A stretch of 63,759 nucleotides of DNA, filler included, from Raillietiella orientalis (GCA_036172245.1; 2 parts of 2 records of this genome joined end to end with filler, not necessarily neighbours in it), one strand, 5' to 3'. Shown: positions 11,823 to 24,406, numbered from the whole stretch's first letter. The notes: a model not told the origin generated them from the letters alone. Made by a program: numbers and translations.

Positions 11823-12590
11823 GGATGCAATTCCCTCGGTTTGCGGCAACCCTTAGATGAAAACCTCTCCGCAAGATACGTTTTTTGTGAACAAAATGAT
11901 GTTCTTGAATGACAAAAGAGGAAAACGGTGAGGTCAGTTTTTTTTTTCTCCAATGTGCGTTTGTGAGTTTTTGTGTCTGCTGGGGATGCCCGTTATTCGG
12001 AAAGGGCCGGTTGTGGTTCCATGTTCTGGTGTCTGGGGAAATACCAGTGGATTTAAAGAAAATCATTTCGGTCTTTCAATTTTATTACATTAATTTAGAA
12101 CTTTTGCTGGATCTTTCTCTGTAGGTCTGTTTCATGAGTAACAAAGACACTCTACGGATTCGTATAGGGCAAAACAGGAGTGGTGTTCTTTTCTGCTCTG
12201 ATCAAAGGACGCTCTCCAAGCAAACTCCTCGGTTCTCGCAAGTTTCGCAGGCAAATGGTCAACTGCGCTTGCAGGCGAGCGGGCGACGAGACCTTCCAGA
12301 AGAATGGTATACGACGCAGTGCAGCCTTACTTTCCCATGTGCTTTACATGCTGAACGTCCATTCACACTCAGTAGTCCATGTGGGGTAACAGAAAGTGGC
12401 AAAGGAGAAAAGCCTCACATGCGATGTGGCAGCATTTTTTATCGCGTTCTGAATCAAATGTGCGTTTTAGATAGCATCCGGAACGCGCATTTGATACCAA
12501 CAGCCGGCCGTTTCTGTTCTGCTGCGAGCAGACTCTTTTGGTATTCGAATTGACCGTGTCAGTGTAGGGCTCGCGAATTGATGTGCCGTT

Positions 12591-13520
12591 CTACTGGTGT
12601 CTGAGGTAGCTGACGGGACTTTCCTTCCTAATGGAGTTTCAGCGAAGGTCTCCAACATGATGGCAAAGGCGGTGGCAGGTGTCGCGTTGCAACGGGGACG
12701 GCTGTCCATCGAAGTCTGTCGAAGTGATGACCGCGTAGCTGCCCACGTCCACTTCGATGGCGGAATGGGGGATAAACGAAAGTTTTGTTCCTAACGTTTG
12801 TCCTGATTTTTTCTTTTTCTGCTGCGGGGCTCGTGTCTTTCAGCCCTTCGTGATGGCTTCCTTAATCCCGAATAAGGATTTGCATGACGGATTCGCTCTT
12901 CCTGTTGTCCAGAGGGATGGTGACCTGCGACCCGATGACGCTGAATTGCAGTTCCAACAAGAACAACCACCGTCCTTGACCCTCGCTCACTTCGCCGTTC
13001 CCGCAAACATGGTGTCGGCCTTTTCGACGATGTCGAGAATCTCTGTGGTGCTTATCTACTGGTGTCTGAGGTAGCTGACGGGACTTTCCTTCCTAATGGA
13101 GTTTCAGCGAAGGTCTCCAACATGATGGCAAAGGCGGTGGCAGGTGTCGCGTTGCAACGGGGACGGCTGTCCATCGAAGTCTGTCGAAGTGATGACCGCG
13201 TAGCTGCCCACGTCCACTTCGATGGCGGAATGGGGGATAAACGAAAGTTTTGTTCCTAACGTTTGTCCTGATTTTTTCTTTTTCTGCTGCGGGGCTCGTG
13301 TCTTTCAGCCCTTCGTGATGGCTTCCTTAATCCCGAATAAGGATTTGCATGACGGATTCGCTCTTCCTGTCGTCCAGAGGGATGGTGACCTGCGACCCGA
13401 TGACGCTGAATTGCAGTTCCAACAAGAACAACCACCGTCCTTGACCCTCGCTCACTTCGCCGTTCCCGCAAACATGGTGTCGGCCTTTTCGACGATGTCG
13501 AGAATCTCTGTGGTGCTTAT
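12591..13520 (+). repeat. Tandem direct duplication of a 465-bp unit (12591-13055 and 13056-13520); third copy inverted at 18940-19404
   Basis: Identical ORFs are offset by 465 (12597/13062, 12757/13222). One substitution seen: T12906 versus C13371. Confidence 0.95.
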
Positions 13521-15259
13521 CCCCCCCCATGCACTACGCACAGCCGTGTTTTTTGCGTCGACACGTGACTGCGCAGTCTGTCTCTCTCTCAGCCGAAGTA
13601 TTTCACGTAAGCAGGAAGTGCCGCGAACGGACCGTGCGGTGATGGACCTTCCTGCCCTTGATTTCATTCATCCCACTGATGGGTAGCACTGAACCTTTGG
13701 ATTGCAAGTGGCAAAGGGTCCAAAGGGGTTTTCAGGTGTTCATATGATGTACATGCTGGAATAGATTTGCAGAACAAAAAAAAAACTGATGCAATCACTG
13801 AGGATGGCATAAGATGGATGCGACTCTCGTCCGTCATTACTTTTGCTGGTAGTGCACTCTGCTGGGTGGAGTACTCGTCTTCCTTCGTTGACATCTTCTC
13901 CTCTAACAGGCTCGTGACTCTCTACCTAAACCAGCTGCTCTTCAAGTCCTCCGGAGATCTCTTTAGATGTCTTTTGCTTTCAATCCTTCGAGAATGGACT
14001 CTCCTTGATCATTTTTCAGCTCATTGCGATTTGTTTCGTCAGCATAGCGCACATCGGAGCAGGAATGCAAACTATAAATATCTTTCTCAGCTGCCACATT
14101 CATCACTCACCTATTTTTTACTATTTTTCTTATTAGCATTGAGCCTCATTTCAAAATGCACTAATTTCATTCCCGGTGGGTGTGAGTATTCTTAGCAAGG
14201 TTTTAAACTTATGCGAATTATGGCATCATTAGAGCATGGTAGAGAAGTTATCTAATTTTCCGGGTGCTTTGTTACTTTGTTTGTTATCAGTCTAGTCCAT
14301 GAAGTGGACCTGAGCCAATGGCCCACCTTCTGTAAAAGGTAAAGGTTGCTATTCAAATCAAGGAAGCACTTTCTTCAGGTGCACCGTTGAATCTGCGTGG
14401 GTGCAAACCGCGACTGCGGTTAATAAGCAGTTCGAATGCAGTCATTCGGCTAACTCTTGCAAACAAACTGACTATTGGTTAAAATCATATTTCGTGCATG
14501 ATGAGACTACAAGAAGTACTACACTTTGACTACGGCGTGCCTAACTGGGTTCTTGTTTATCTGCTTCTAACGTACTTCCTTCTAATGTATTGTCTTTTGC
14601 AATGGTAAACAGATGCCAATGAATGATGGATAGCCCGCGCTTTCTCGGATGTATTTTTTTTCTTTTGTGACAGAATGGCTGTTCTCAGTGACTATGCTTT
14701 GCAATCCGAGCACTGGCTTTCTGTGTACATTGACCTTTTGAAACATCCACTGCGAGATGGAGAATCCTATTCAGTCTGTCCGTTCATAGTATTTATGCAG
14801 TATTTTCCTCATACGGATTATGTTACCGATACTTTCGAATTGCCATTATTCATTCATTATTTATTGATAGTATCCATTATTTACTCATTTCTTATCTTGA
14901 TTCAAATACTTGTTCCGTGCAAAGATGTTCGTAGCTTTTTCTTAAAGAATCTCTTTATGAAAATTCGTGATGTCTTCTGGAAACACCATATCATAAAATA
15001 ATTTAACTTCATGCACTTGCTTTGAGAATTGCAGCTGAGGTACTTAGAATAAAGTAAAGATTTAAGTCGCTGTATTGGGATTGATCCGTAGCTTTCACAG
15101 AACTTCAACCGAGGGCGGACAAATCCTCGATCAGAAGGATTCCTGCCGCTTAGCTTCCATAGGTCGTAAGACGATGGCTGCTATACCAGATACAACGCCC
15201 TGGTAGGAACTCAAGATGGCTCAATCCTAACAGACGACTTGACACCTCCACATTCGCCA

Positions 15260-15647
15260 TGCCTCCTTTGGTACAGCAATTAACCTTGGTGATTCGTGAA
15301 ACAGGAGACGTTCCCGCCTCGTCTCGCTCAGCAAAGGTACGTCTCCTTCCCAAAGGAGGAGAATTAAGGAGCATCGGCAACTGGCGTCCAATGACCGTCC
15401 TTAACAGGAAGCCAAGCTGCTAACAAAGATACTGACCGAGCTTCTAGTTTGGGTAGCGGAATCCTTTATTGGCCCCGAGCAGTCTTGCGCTGCTCCCGTG
15501 CTGACTATGGATGTCCACCCGTACTACGCTAGCAGGTGAATCGCGCTCCAATAAGAGGGGGGCAGGACGGGCAGCCATCGGCCAGAGGCGGGAACGTTGG
15601 GCAGGAATGGGATCTCCAGCGGTCGCAGTCCTGCATAAGGCATTCGA
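15260..15647 (+). mobile_element. LINE reverse-transcriptase N-terminal fragment (decayed)
   Basis: Translates across frameshifts as VRLLPKGGELRSIGNWRPMTVLN, KLLTKIL...FIGPEQS and HKAFD. These match the non-LTR RT motifs LLPK..NWRPISLLN, KILxK and D..KAFD. Confidence 0.8.
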
Positions 15648-17270
15648 TTTTCACCCGGTTTTCGCCGGGGCGTTTATCACAAAAACAAACTTTAACACGC
15701 GCTGTGGCTGACCCAATGCTCCAGACACTCCCGAAGAAACAGAACCTGCCGGGTCACCGGTTCGCAGAACGGAACGGTCCATCGCGGCTGCAGGGGGAAG
15801 GGGGAAATATAAAAAATCAAAACAACAAAAAAAAAGAAGAAAACTTGGAATGGTGTGGGAGGGGATCACTGTTACAGCTGGAGCCGTTGCATCCTTCGCA
15901 GGATGCCGGCAAATCTCTCTGCATTCCTGGATTAAGATGGGGCGATCGCGACGCCCTCTCCTAAAATTCGGCGGCGCGTTGGATGGCACCCTTATCGCGA
16001 GGTTTTCCCATTGCCTTGCTCCAAGCAGCGACGATCCTATGAAGGCAGCACAGGGCTGCTAACGAGGCTGCAGTTGGAAGGATGTGCGACACGAAAAGGG
16101 ACTTCAGTGCGTCCCTGGGATTGCCGAAGGGTATTCCGATGGCCACGGCAATGCGTAGCCAAAGGGGCCGAAGGGTGACACTATCCACAAGGAGGTAGTG
16201 GAGGGACTCCCGTTCCCCACACTTGAAGCAGTTGGGGCTCACCTCTCCCCATGTCCAGTAGTGTCGGTGGGCGTTCCAGCGGGGTACCCAGTGCAGCAAC
16301 AGTAGAGCCGACTCCTGCCATTTTATGGGGAGGGTAGAGGTGTTCATAAGCACCGAGGGCCACTTCAGATGTTCAATCGGAACATCGAGCAGCGCGCCCC
16401 AGCGCAGAAGTCCATTGGGAGGCGTACTCGGGGTCGCAGCGTCTGTTAACTGGCCCGTCTTCCACTCTCCCTGCTTTTTCTCCTTTCCAAAGGTGGTTGC
16501 TTTAACCTCCCACTTCGCCGCAACACCGCTGTCCAGATCTCCCTTCAGGGAATGCAGCGCAGCAGCGAGGGGGGTTCTTCCTGACCACGCTCTCTTCCTC
16601 GGATCCTCCAGGATCTGTCGGAGCGTGCAACTTCTGTAGCGCCCAAACAAGAACCGTCGTTCCTGTTCGGCACGATGCATGACGCTCTGCGCCCACGTGC
16701 GAACGGTTTCCAGCAGCCAGAAACTACCGTTCGCGGGGCGGCAGGTGATCCTTCGATGGTTTTTCCGAGTCAGGGCAGCCGACCTCCGTAGCTGGGGTCC
16801 GCATCGGTTGATGCGGCGGAGATGGAGTACAAGAAAGCACGTGCGTCCGGTCTTCCCGGTGGCTTGCATGACGAAGAGGCGTGCAGGGATGCACCAGGAG
16901 GTGCACCAGATCTCCGGCTCAACGGCCATCATCCGGAACTGGAGCTGAAGCTCCGGCCGCTCCACCGTCAGGAGGACAAGACCGCTGTCCCGTCGCGGAG
17001 CGCACAAGTCCTTCAAGCGGTCTCGGACCCTCCCTTGCCCCAAAGGGCGATACGGAGGAGGTTTTTCGTCCGCTTGTTGATCCTTTCAGTAAGGGTTCGA
17101 ACATAAAACAGGAGGCGGTGGAGAGGAGCCGCGAACGCGCTGCAAGACGCGGACAGTTCCTGCAGGAAACACTTGCCGTCTTGGAACCAGCCGATCGCCG
17201 TCTCTACTTTCTGGAGGCAGCGGGGCCACGCTTCGGCTGGGATCTGCAATTGATGAGGACGCGCTGCGCA
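15648..17270 (-). mobile_element. 5'-truncated Tx1/L1-clade LINE (post-RT region, zf-RVT, 3'UTR), antisense to the RT fragment
   Basis: ORF 15961..17043- contains LCAPRRDSGL and CFKCGERESLHYLLVD. The U-rich 3'UTR ends GATAAACGCCCCGGCGAAAACCGGGTGAAAA at 15648. The 5' limit is approximate. Confidence 0.85.
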
Positions 17271-17671
17271 AAGGGAGATGGCTCACGCCATTGTAGGAAA
17301 GAAGCGATGGCAAGTAGCATTTCTCCCGTTGGATTCGGAAATGCATCCTAGGAAGTAAAGTTGAAAAACTCCAGGGCTTCTTCGATTTCGAAGGTGATGA
17401 ATGAAAGCTTTAAAAGTTGAGAGAGCTTGTGACCAATTGAAAGGTTTATCGTCGTAATGGTGGCATTGCTCGCCTGCTGAGTTTTCCTCTGGTCGATCGA
17501 CTCAAAACGAGGGGCGTGTTCGCAGCTTTCTTTGGCCAGCCGCATTGGTCTGTGTAGCAGCGAAACTTCCCAACGGAATGAAGCCGATTTTTCCTTCACA
17601 GATCTTACTATCGCATCCTCACCGCGATGCGAATAGAGTGGGGTGAATTCAAAGTGTTTGCTCATTTGCAG

Positions 17672-18199
17672 CTTCCATTGGATGCCTTCAGTACTTCCTT
17701 GAAGCCACAGGTATGATCGTATCCTTTGGCTGGATGAACAACGTTATGTCGATTTTAAATACCAACCTGGAATACGCGATGTGTGTGAGGCCTACCCCTG
17801 AAACGAAGGCGTTGTGCCTGCATGCCATACCCAACGAAGCCAACGTTGGTTTCTCGATTCACGCGACTGCTGCGACTGCTTAGAGCGACAGTGCAGTTGG
17901 AAATTGTGTGGACGATGCCTTTGTCATCCCTTGCAGTGTTACTCATGCTGCTTTAATTGTGGCCAACGCAGTCTGCATACAGGAGCGTTTCTACGTGAAT
18001 TGGCTAAATGCTGTGACCACCCAGGGCGCGGGAACACCAGTGTGCAGTAAGAAGACGCTTCGAGTAGGTTTGCATAGTAATGACGTGCACTTTGAGCTGC
18101 TGTGTTTCCATTCATGCTGCACATCACAACCAACAACGCTGTCGCAAGATTGGCAGGAACGCTGGGTTCAACCTCTTCTACACTCAAGTTCCTCCGTGA
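17672..18199 (+). pseudogene. 3'-only pseudogene of the CUB-type gene (last two exons)
   Basis: The 375-bp exon 17672-18046 is colinear with 23860-24234 (IGCLQYFLEATGMIVSFGW...) but has TTG>TAG at 17881-17883. The last exon starts at 18097 with a GAG acceptor and has a 1-nt deletion near 18155. Upstream exons are absent. Confidence 0.88.
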
Positions 18200-20172
18200 T
18201 CTACTGGTGTCTCGTTTTGCACATAAAAGTACGTTGTGTACTTTACATGAGCTTTCTTGGAGCGGTGTCTGTTGTCATCAATGGTCTCCACGGACAGGTG
18301 CGTTCAACATCATGTAATCAGCGTAGTTCTCATGCTGCGTGCTCGTGCGTGCTTAAGAGGCAGAGTCTTGGAAGTCGAAAGCAATTATTTGGTTTTCGAG
18401 ATGTTGCGATATCCCTGAAAGCTGAGGAATCGTCTCGTCTGGCGAGACAGCATGAAGCCCACGGAAAGACTGGAGGTTCTTACCACACCATGTTTCCTTA
18501 GTGATGCTCCGAAGATTTGTAATTCACGACACTTCCCTTACCCTCTTAGAATAGCAAAGAACGAGCGAGACCGCAAGACGGTGCAAATAACGATACCTTG
18601 GTAAAATCATCATCATCATCAGGGAACTCCGTTCTGGAAGCGCAGAAACACACCCGGTGCAATTTAGGAAGAAGATCAGGAGAAAACCTTTCCGTTTCTC
18701 CATTCCCTGCAACATTTATCCTCCTCGGTAAGCTTGGGGAGCTGACCCCGCAGCAACGTGCAGTATGCGGATCGTCCACATCCGGGTTAAGACACAAAGT
18801 ACGGGTCCCCAATTCTCCTTAATGAAGAGAAATACAGGTCGGAAGGAATGTACACTGAAAGGTCGGACGGACGACAAGCCGGTGTATGGACGAGAATTTC
18901 CGAAAGACTCATCGTTTCGTTCCGCGTTTTCTCCGGGCGATAAGCACCACAGAGATTCTCGACATCGTCGAAAAGGCCGACACCATGTTTGCGGGAACGG
19001 CGAAGTGAGCGAGGGTCAAGGACGGTGGTTGTTCTTGTTGGAACTGCAATTCAGCGTCATCGGGTCGCAGGTCACCATCCCTCTGGACAACAGGAAGAGC
19101 GAATCCGTCATGCAAATCCTTATTCGGGATTAAGGAAGCCATCACGAAGGGCTGAAAGACACGAGCCCCGCAGCAGAAAAAGAAAAAATCAGGACAAACG
19201 TTAGGAACAAAACTTTCGTTTATCCCCCATTCCGCCATCGAAGTGGACGTGGGCAGCTACGCGGTCATCACTTCGACAGACTTCGATGGACAGCCGTCCC
19301 CGTTGCAACGCGACACCTGCCACCGCCTTTGCCATCATGTTGGAGACCTTCGCTGAAACTCCATTAGGAAGGAAAGTCCCGTCAGCTACCTCAGACACCA
19401 GTAGAACGGCACATCAATTCGCGAGCCCTACACTGACACGGTCAATTCGAATACCAAAAGAGTCTGCTCGCAGCAGAACAGAAACGGCCGGCTGTTGGTA
19501 TCAAATGCGCGTTCCGGATGCTATCTAAAACGCACATTTGATTCAGAACGCGATAAAAAATGCTGCCACATCGCATGTGAGGCTTTTCTCCTTTGCCACT
19601 TTCTGTTACCCCACATGGACTACTGAGTGTGAATGGACGTTCAGCATGTAAAGCACATGGGAAAGTAAGGCTGCACTGCGTCGTATACCATTCTTCTGGA
19701 AGGTCTCGTCGCCCGCTCGCCTGCAAGCGCAGTTGACCATTTGCCTGCGAAACTTGCGAGAACCGAGGAGTTTGCTTGGAGAGCGTCCTTTGATCAGAGC
19801 AGAAAAGAACACCACTCCTGTTTTGCCCTATACGAATCCGTAGAGTGTCTTTGTTACTCATGAAACAGACCTACAGAGAAAGATCCAGCAAAAGTTCTAA
19901 ATTAATGTAATAAAATTGAAAGACCGAAATGATTTTCTTTAAATCCACTGGTATTTCCCCAGACACCAGAACATGGAACCACAACCGGCCCTTTCCGAAT
20001 AACGGGCATCCCCAGCAGACACAAAAACTCACAAACGCACATTGGAGAAAAAAAAAACTGACCTCACCGTTTTCCTCTTTTGTCATTCAAGAACATCATT
20101 TTGTTCACAAAAAACGTATCTTGCGGAGAGGTTTTCATCTAAGGGTTGCCGCAAACCGAGGGAATTGCATCC

Positions 20173-23100
20173 ATGGAGCTGACAACTCGAGGTGGTTACC
20201 AAGGTGGCTGCGCGATTTTCGAGATGTGTGCGTGGATTTTGGGAATTTTCGTCATGACGTGCATGCAGGGAGAAGCAGCAAACACAACCTCAAGACACCA
20301 ATCCCGTAAGTAACGAGTGCTTCCGCGGACCTCTGCGCGTTTTCGCTTGAGGCTATTCCGAACACACAAGCACACGCATGCATCCACACATCCACCTTCC
20401 TACCCACTCGCACACATCCACACACACATTCACCACCGCCATGCCAAACGAGTCGACTTGGCCGAGCTGCAGAGGCGCACATGCCGTCGGGCAGCTGCCC
20501 TCTTGCACGGATTCCTCTGTGCTTGCCAGTTCGAGAAGAACGCGCCTGCTGAGTGCAGCCATTCGTCCTCAGTCAGGTGGCCTAGGGCGAAGCACGAGAG
20601 GAATCGAAGTCGTGCACCTCCTCAATCTCCTTATTCCCGAATGTTCCCTCCACGTGCTTCTTCCCAATCCTTCCCACGCCAGCGTATGACCTCGTTGGAC
20701 GATCGAAACCATTCCTGTTGAAAGCATTCCTCAAAACGCGTGCAACTGGAACTTCGCCGACAGTGTCAAGCGATGACACCCAATGACGCTTTCTTCGACG
20801 GGCACGATTTTCGTGGCAAACGTAAATGGCGTTTCGGGATCACCACCGAGTACTCATCATTTCGTCCTCCTCTTCAGGTTCACTGATGCAAATAGTGCGG
20901 ATACAAAACACGCCTTGCTTCGTCAACTCGCGCAACGGGACGTGCCTTCCTCCTGGAGAGTGCTCAAATGCCGGTGGTTTGAGGAATGGTCAATGCGCCC
21001 TGGGGATCGGTGTTTGCTGCATAGGTAAGACCCGCAATGATCCCATGCCGAAAATGGTCAAACTTCCAAAGTGATACTTGGATGCGGGCAAAGTTCAAGA
21101 ATAAACAATACGTACTTCGAGAACACGACGGACGTCCTAACGACCGGAGGGACATGCCAAGCGACGGTCCAGAAACTCAACTCGCGTATCCAACAGTTCA
21201 GGTGAGGACGAGGGAGCAGTTCGAACCCACAAGTGGATCCCCGGGCAACGGACGACCTTCGGAAATTCGGTTCTATTCGAATATTGAGTAGTGTGCTGAA
21301 AGAGAACGTAGGCAACGGAATAGGATCTCAATTAGCTACACAATGGAGGATGACGCGAGTCTCGCTCGTCAAGCAGCTCGTCATCTCACAGCGCGAGAGA
21401 GCCCACTGATCCTGGAATGGTTGCTGATCACCATCGAATCGTAAAAGGCTTCAGTGCCTGCGAAGCCTCCCTTTTGGTAGCTGTGAGCAGCATCTTGTCC
21501 ATCGACATTCGTTTCACCCACGATGGTTCCCAAGTGTCTGTCAAATTTGGCTACGCCGATGAACGTCTCCGCTCCAGACGTGGCTTTTGAGGTAGAGAAG
21601 CCAAGCAGCCGTTGGGATGAGGACCCTACCGGGAAGACGATCGCAAACACCGTCAACCGAAGTCGATCTGCAGTTCTTGCCGCCACATTGGAAAACACGA
21701 ACGCTAAGACGGACGAGCAAGTCGTTTCCACGGGAAGCGCATCCACTTGCATGCAGCATCAGGCAGTTTTGCTGTGGAAGTTTACGACAGGCGCCACGCT
21801 GTAGGGGGGAGTGAGATTCCACGATACTGTTGGGTGCGGCAACACCCTTCTATAAAGCAAAGCATAAATAGAATTCTTTCTGCATTTCTCCTCCTGCGAG
21901 AATGGAAAACGAACGTCCACCAATTGTGAAGCCGGAAAAACGCGGAACCGAAGGGTATGAGCTTGTACACGTGCTTGGTAGCCATCGGGAATCAGAATAC
22001 GTGTAAAGGTCAGGAAGCCCAAAGGGAAGCACAAGCTGCGGGAGAAGATACCGCAGGAAGCCTATTTTGGGGGAGAAAGGTCGCATGCAATGAGAAGGAG
22101 CTGCCTCAAGAGCTCCCGGCATGAAGGCACCGCTCGTTTGTTTGATGCACAGTGAGAAAAGCCGAGGGACTGCTGACCGCGCTTCTTCATCACGCACTTC
22201 CCTCTCGCACAAGCGCTGTTTGTTCCCTGCTGGGATGTACGGGGTCAATTTTCGGTGGCAAAGCAGGGACACAGAGGAGAATTTGATTTACAAGCACCTG
22301 TGAATTTCAGGATCGAACTACAGCCCCTGACTCTTCGATCAGCAGTGCGTACCACCGGGCAATGCGACCCGGATTCGTTGGTGATAACGCCCATGGGTAG
22401 CGGATCTTTACAAAGCATCCCTTCCTCGATTTGCGGACCGAACCCGAACAATCACCGTAAGTAACTATTTTGGTCGCTGGTAAGTGGCAAGCACCAGCAT
22501 TGGCGCCATTCGTGTGAGACCGTAGTCATAGGAAGCCGCTGAATTGAGTACGTCTTCCGAAACAGCGCTGCCAATCTTCGGCGCGGCTTGACCGCTGAAG
22601 ATCGTCGGTTCGCTTGCCGTGTGCGGCACCACAGAGGGGGATGCGGAGAGCCGACTCCCATCTCTCGCGCTCGAGTCTGCCGGACCAACGCTTCTCTCTT
22701 GCAATGCTGCTGTTGGCTTTCTGCGGTTTTAGAGATAGAAGAGCAAATCCAAGCAACAGTCCTGCAGGAATGGGAACCAAACGTCCCTGGAAATGTTAGC
22801 TAAACATCGCTCTTGCCATCCGCGGTGCTGATCTCGTACCACGGGGGTTGTCCTCCCAAAGTGTATTGGTGAAAGGGACGTAGGTTGGTGACACAGTCCC
22901 GAAAGATTTCTGCACCCTCGAAAGGTCTTCCTGTTTTTGTGCATCTGTTAGAGTCCCGAAGCGAATTCGGAAAAGAGGGTGCCACTGCTGTCTTTGCCTA
23001 CGTGGCATGTCGGCGTGTGTCCGCTGGTATGAATCAGCGGTGCCGGGCTCTTGGACACATATCCGTGAAGTCGCTGCGGATATTGGCCAAAAGAGCTTGA

Positions 23101-24382
23101 CTGAAGTACAATCAGAAGACACAGAACCCCAATGCCAGCTGGCATAGTTAAGCCCCCCCTCTTCTGGATTTTAGTGTACGTGAGGATGGACGCTGCAACG
23201 ACGGGAGTTATGCTAGTCATCACGGTCGCCTCTGCGATGCCTATGGAAATAAGATCCTGGTCCATCCGTGTGTTGCAGATCGAATCCGGATCCGAGTATC
23301 TGGGTAAGTGGATGGAACCGTCCCATTCCATGCTTCGTCGAATTGGCTACCCACCCAAAGAAAGCTCTGCCCTTCCTGTCCCACGCGCTGTAGGAGGTTG
23401 CACCGTTGTGGCAATGGCTGCCGCGAATATCCCTTTACGCGTACCACCCCATTCTCCCTCCCGCGAGACACCGAACGTGCAATTAAAAGGGACATGGTGC
23501 ATGCCGTAGTTTAGAAAAAAGAATGTCGCAAGGAAAGAGCAGTAAATTTGTTGGGAACTCCCATTCGATTTCGCAATGCGAGCGGCGGAGCTGACGGCAG
23601 GGGTTTCCTGTTTGACGATGGCATGTCCCGCCTTTTGGTTGTTGCTGAGGTCGGTCGACTCCATGACCAGTGGAGGGTTCGCAGCTTCCTTGACGCTGCA
23701 TTGGTCTGTGCAATAGCAAAAACTCCCAGCGGAATGAAGGGGTTGTGCCAAATTATATGTTGAAATGGAAGCGGACAGTTAATTCACAGAACACCCTATC
23801 GCATCCTCACTGCGATGCGGATAGAGTGGGGTGAATTCAAAGTGTTTTCTCATTTGCAGCTCCCATCGGATGCCTTCAGTACTTCCTTGAGGCCACAGGT
23901 ATGATCGTATCCTTTGGCTGGATGAACAACGTCATGTCGGTTCTAAATACCAACCTGGAATACGCGATGTGTGTGAGGGCTACCCCTGGAGCCAGGGCGT
24001 TGTGCTTGAATGCGATACCCAACATGGCCGACGTTGGTTTCTCGATTGACGCGACTGCTGCGACTTCCTTGAGCAACAGTGTAGCAGCAAATTGTGTCAA
24101 CGATGCGTTTATCATCCCTTGCGGTGGTGCTCAGGCTGCTGTTCTTGCGGCCAACCCAATGTGCACGCAAGAGCGTTTCTGCGGGAATTGGCTAAACGCT
24201 GTAACTGGGATGAATGCTGGATCTCAAGTGTGCAGTAAGATAACGATCAGTATAGGTTTTCGGAGTCATCTGTGCTTTCAGCTGCCGTGTTTCCATTCAT
24301 GCTGCACATCAAAACAAACAACGCTGTGATGACCATGGCGAGGAACGTTGGGTTCAACCTCATGTACAATCAAGTGAATTAG
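20173..24382 (+). CDS. Spliced CUB-type Cys-rich secreted protein gene, right-arm copy (~360-390 aa depending on first exon)
   Basis: Phase-consistent GT-AG model. Exons: 20173(or 20224)-20305 (MCAWILGIFVMTCMQG, signal-like; alternative 20773-20821), 20878-21024 (SLMQIVRIQNTPC..NGTC..C..GG..GQCALGIGVCC), 21072-21201 (CGQ..NNTYF..C..IQQFR), 22311-22456 (GQC.D..ICG..H), 23175-23303 (WSIRVLQI), 23860-24234 (APIGCLQYF..RFCG), 24282-24382 (PF..GFNLMY, TAG). From recall, the motif order matches the arthropod-expanded uncharacterized CUB-domain family; not database-checked. Confidence 0.8.
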
Positions 24383-24406
24383 TGATCTGCTGATATCTGG
24401 TATAGC

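Larger units (their letters stand above)
1..13056 (+). repeat. Left arm of a 13,056-bp inverted repeat
   Basis: Every ORF in 1-13056 has an identical opposite-strand twin at 31995-x (e.g. 1123..2136+ and 29859..30872-). Pairing stops after ...GTGCTTATC at 13056, which pairs with G18939. Confidence 0.97.

Noticed and set aside
12591..13055. 465-bp unit as an LTR or coding exon
   Set aside because: It has no TG...CA termini, primer-binding site or polypurine tract, and none of its translations gave a recognisable motif.
17250..17360. Second TSD copy for the spacer LINE
   Set aside because: No convincing repeat of the ...ATAAGGCATTCGA flank, and no resumption of the RT frame was found.
18199..18212. 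14-nt match ATCTACTGGTGTCT to the duplication junction at 13054-13067
   Set aside because: It lies in sequence homologous to the CUB gene 3' flank. A single short match is insufficient to claim a templated junction.
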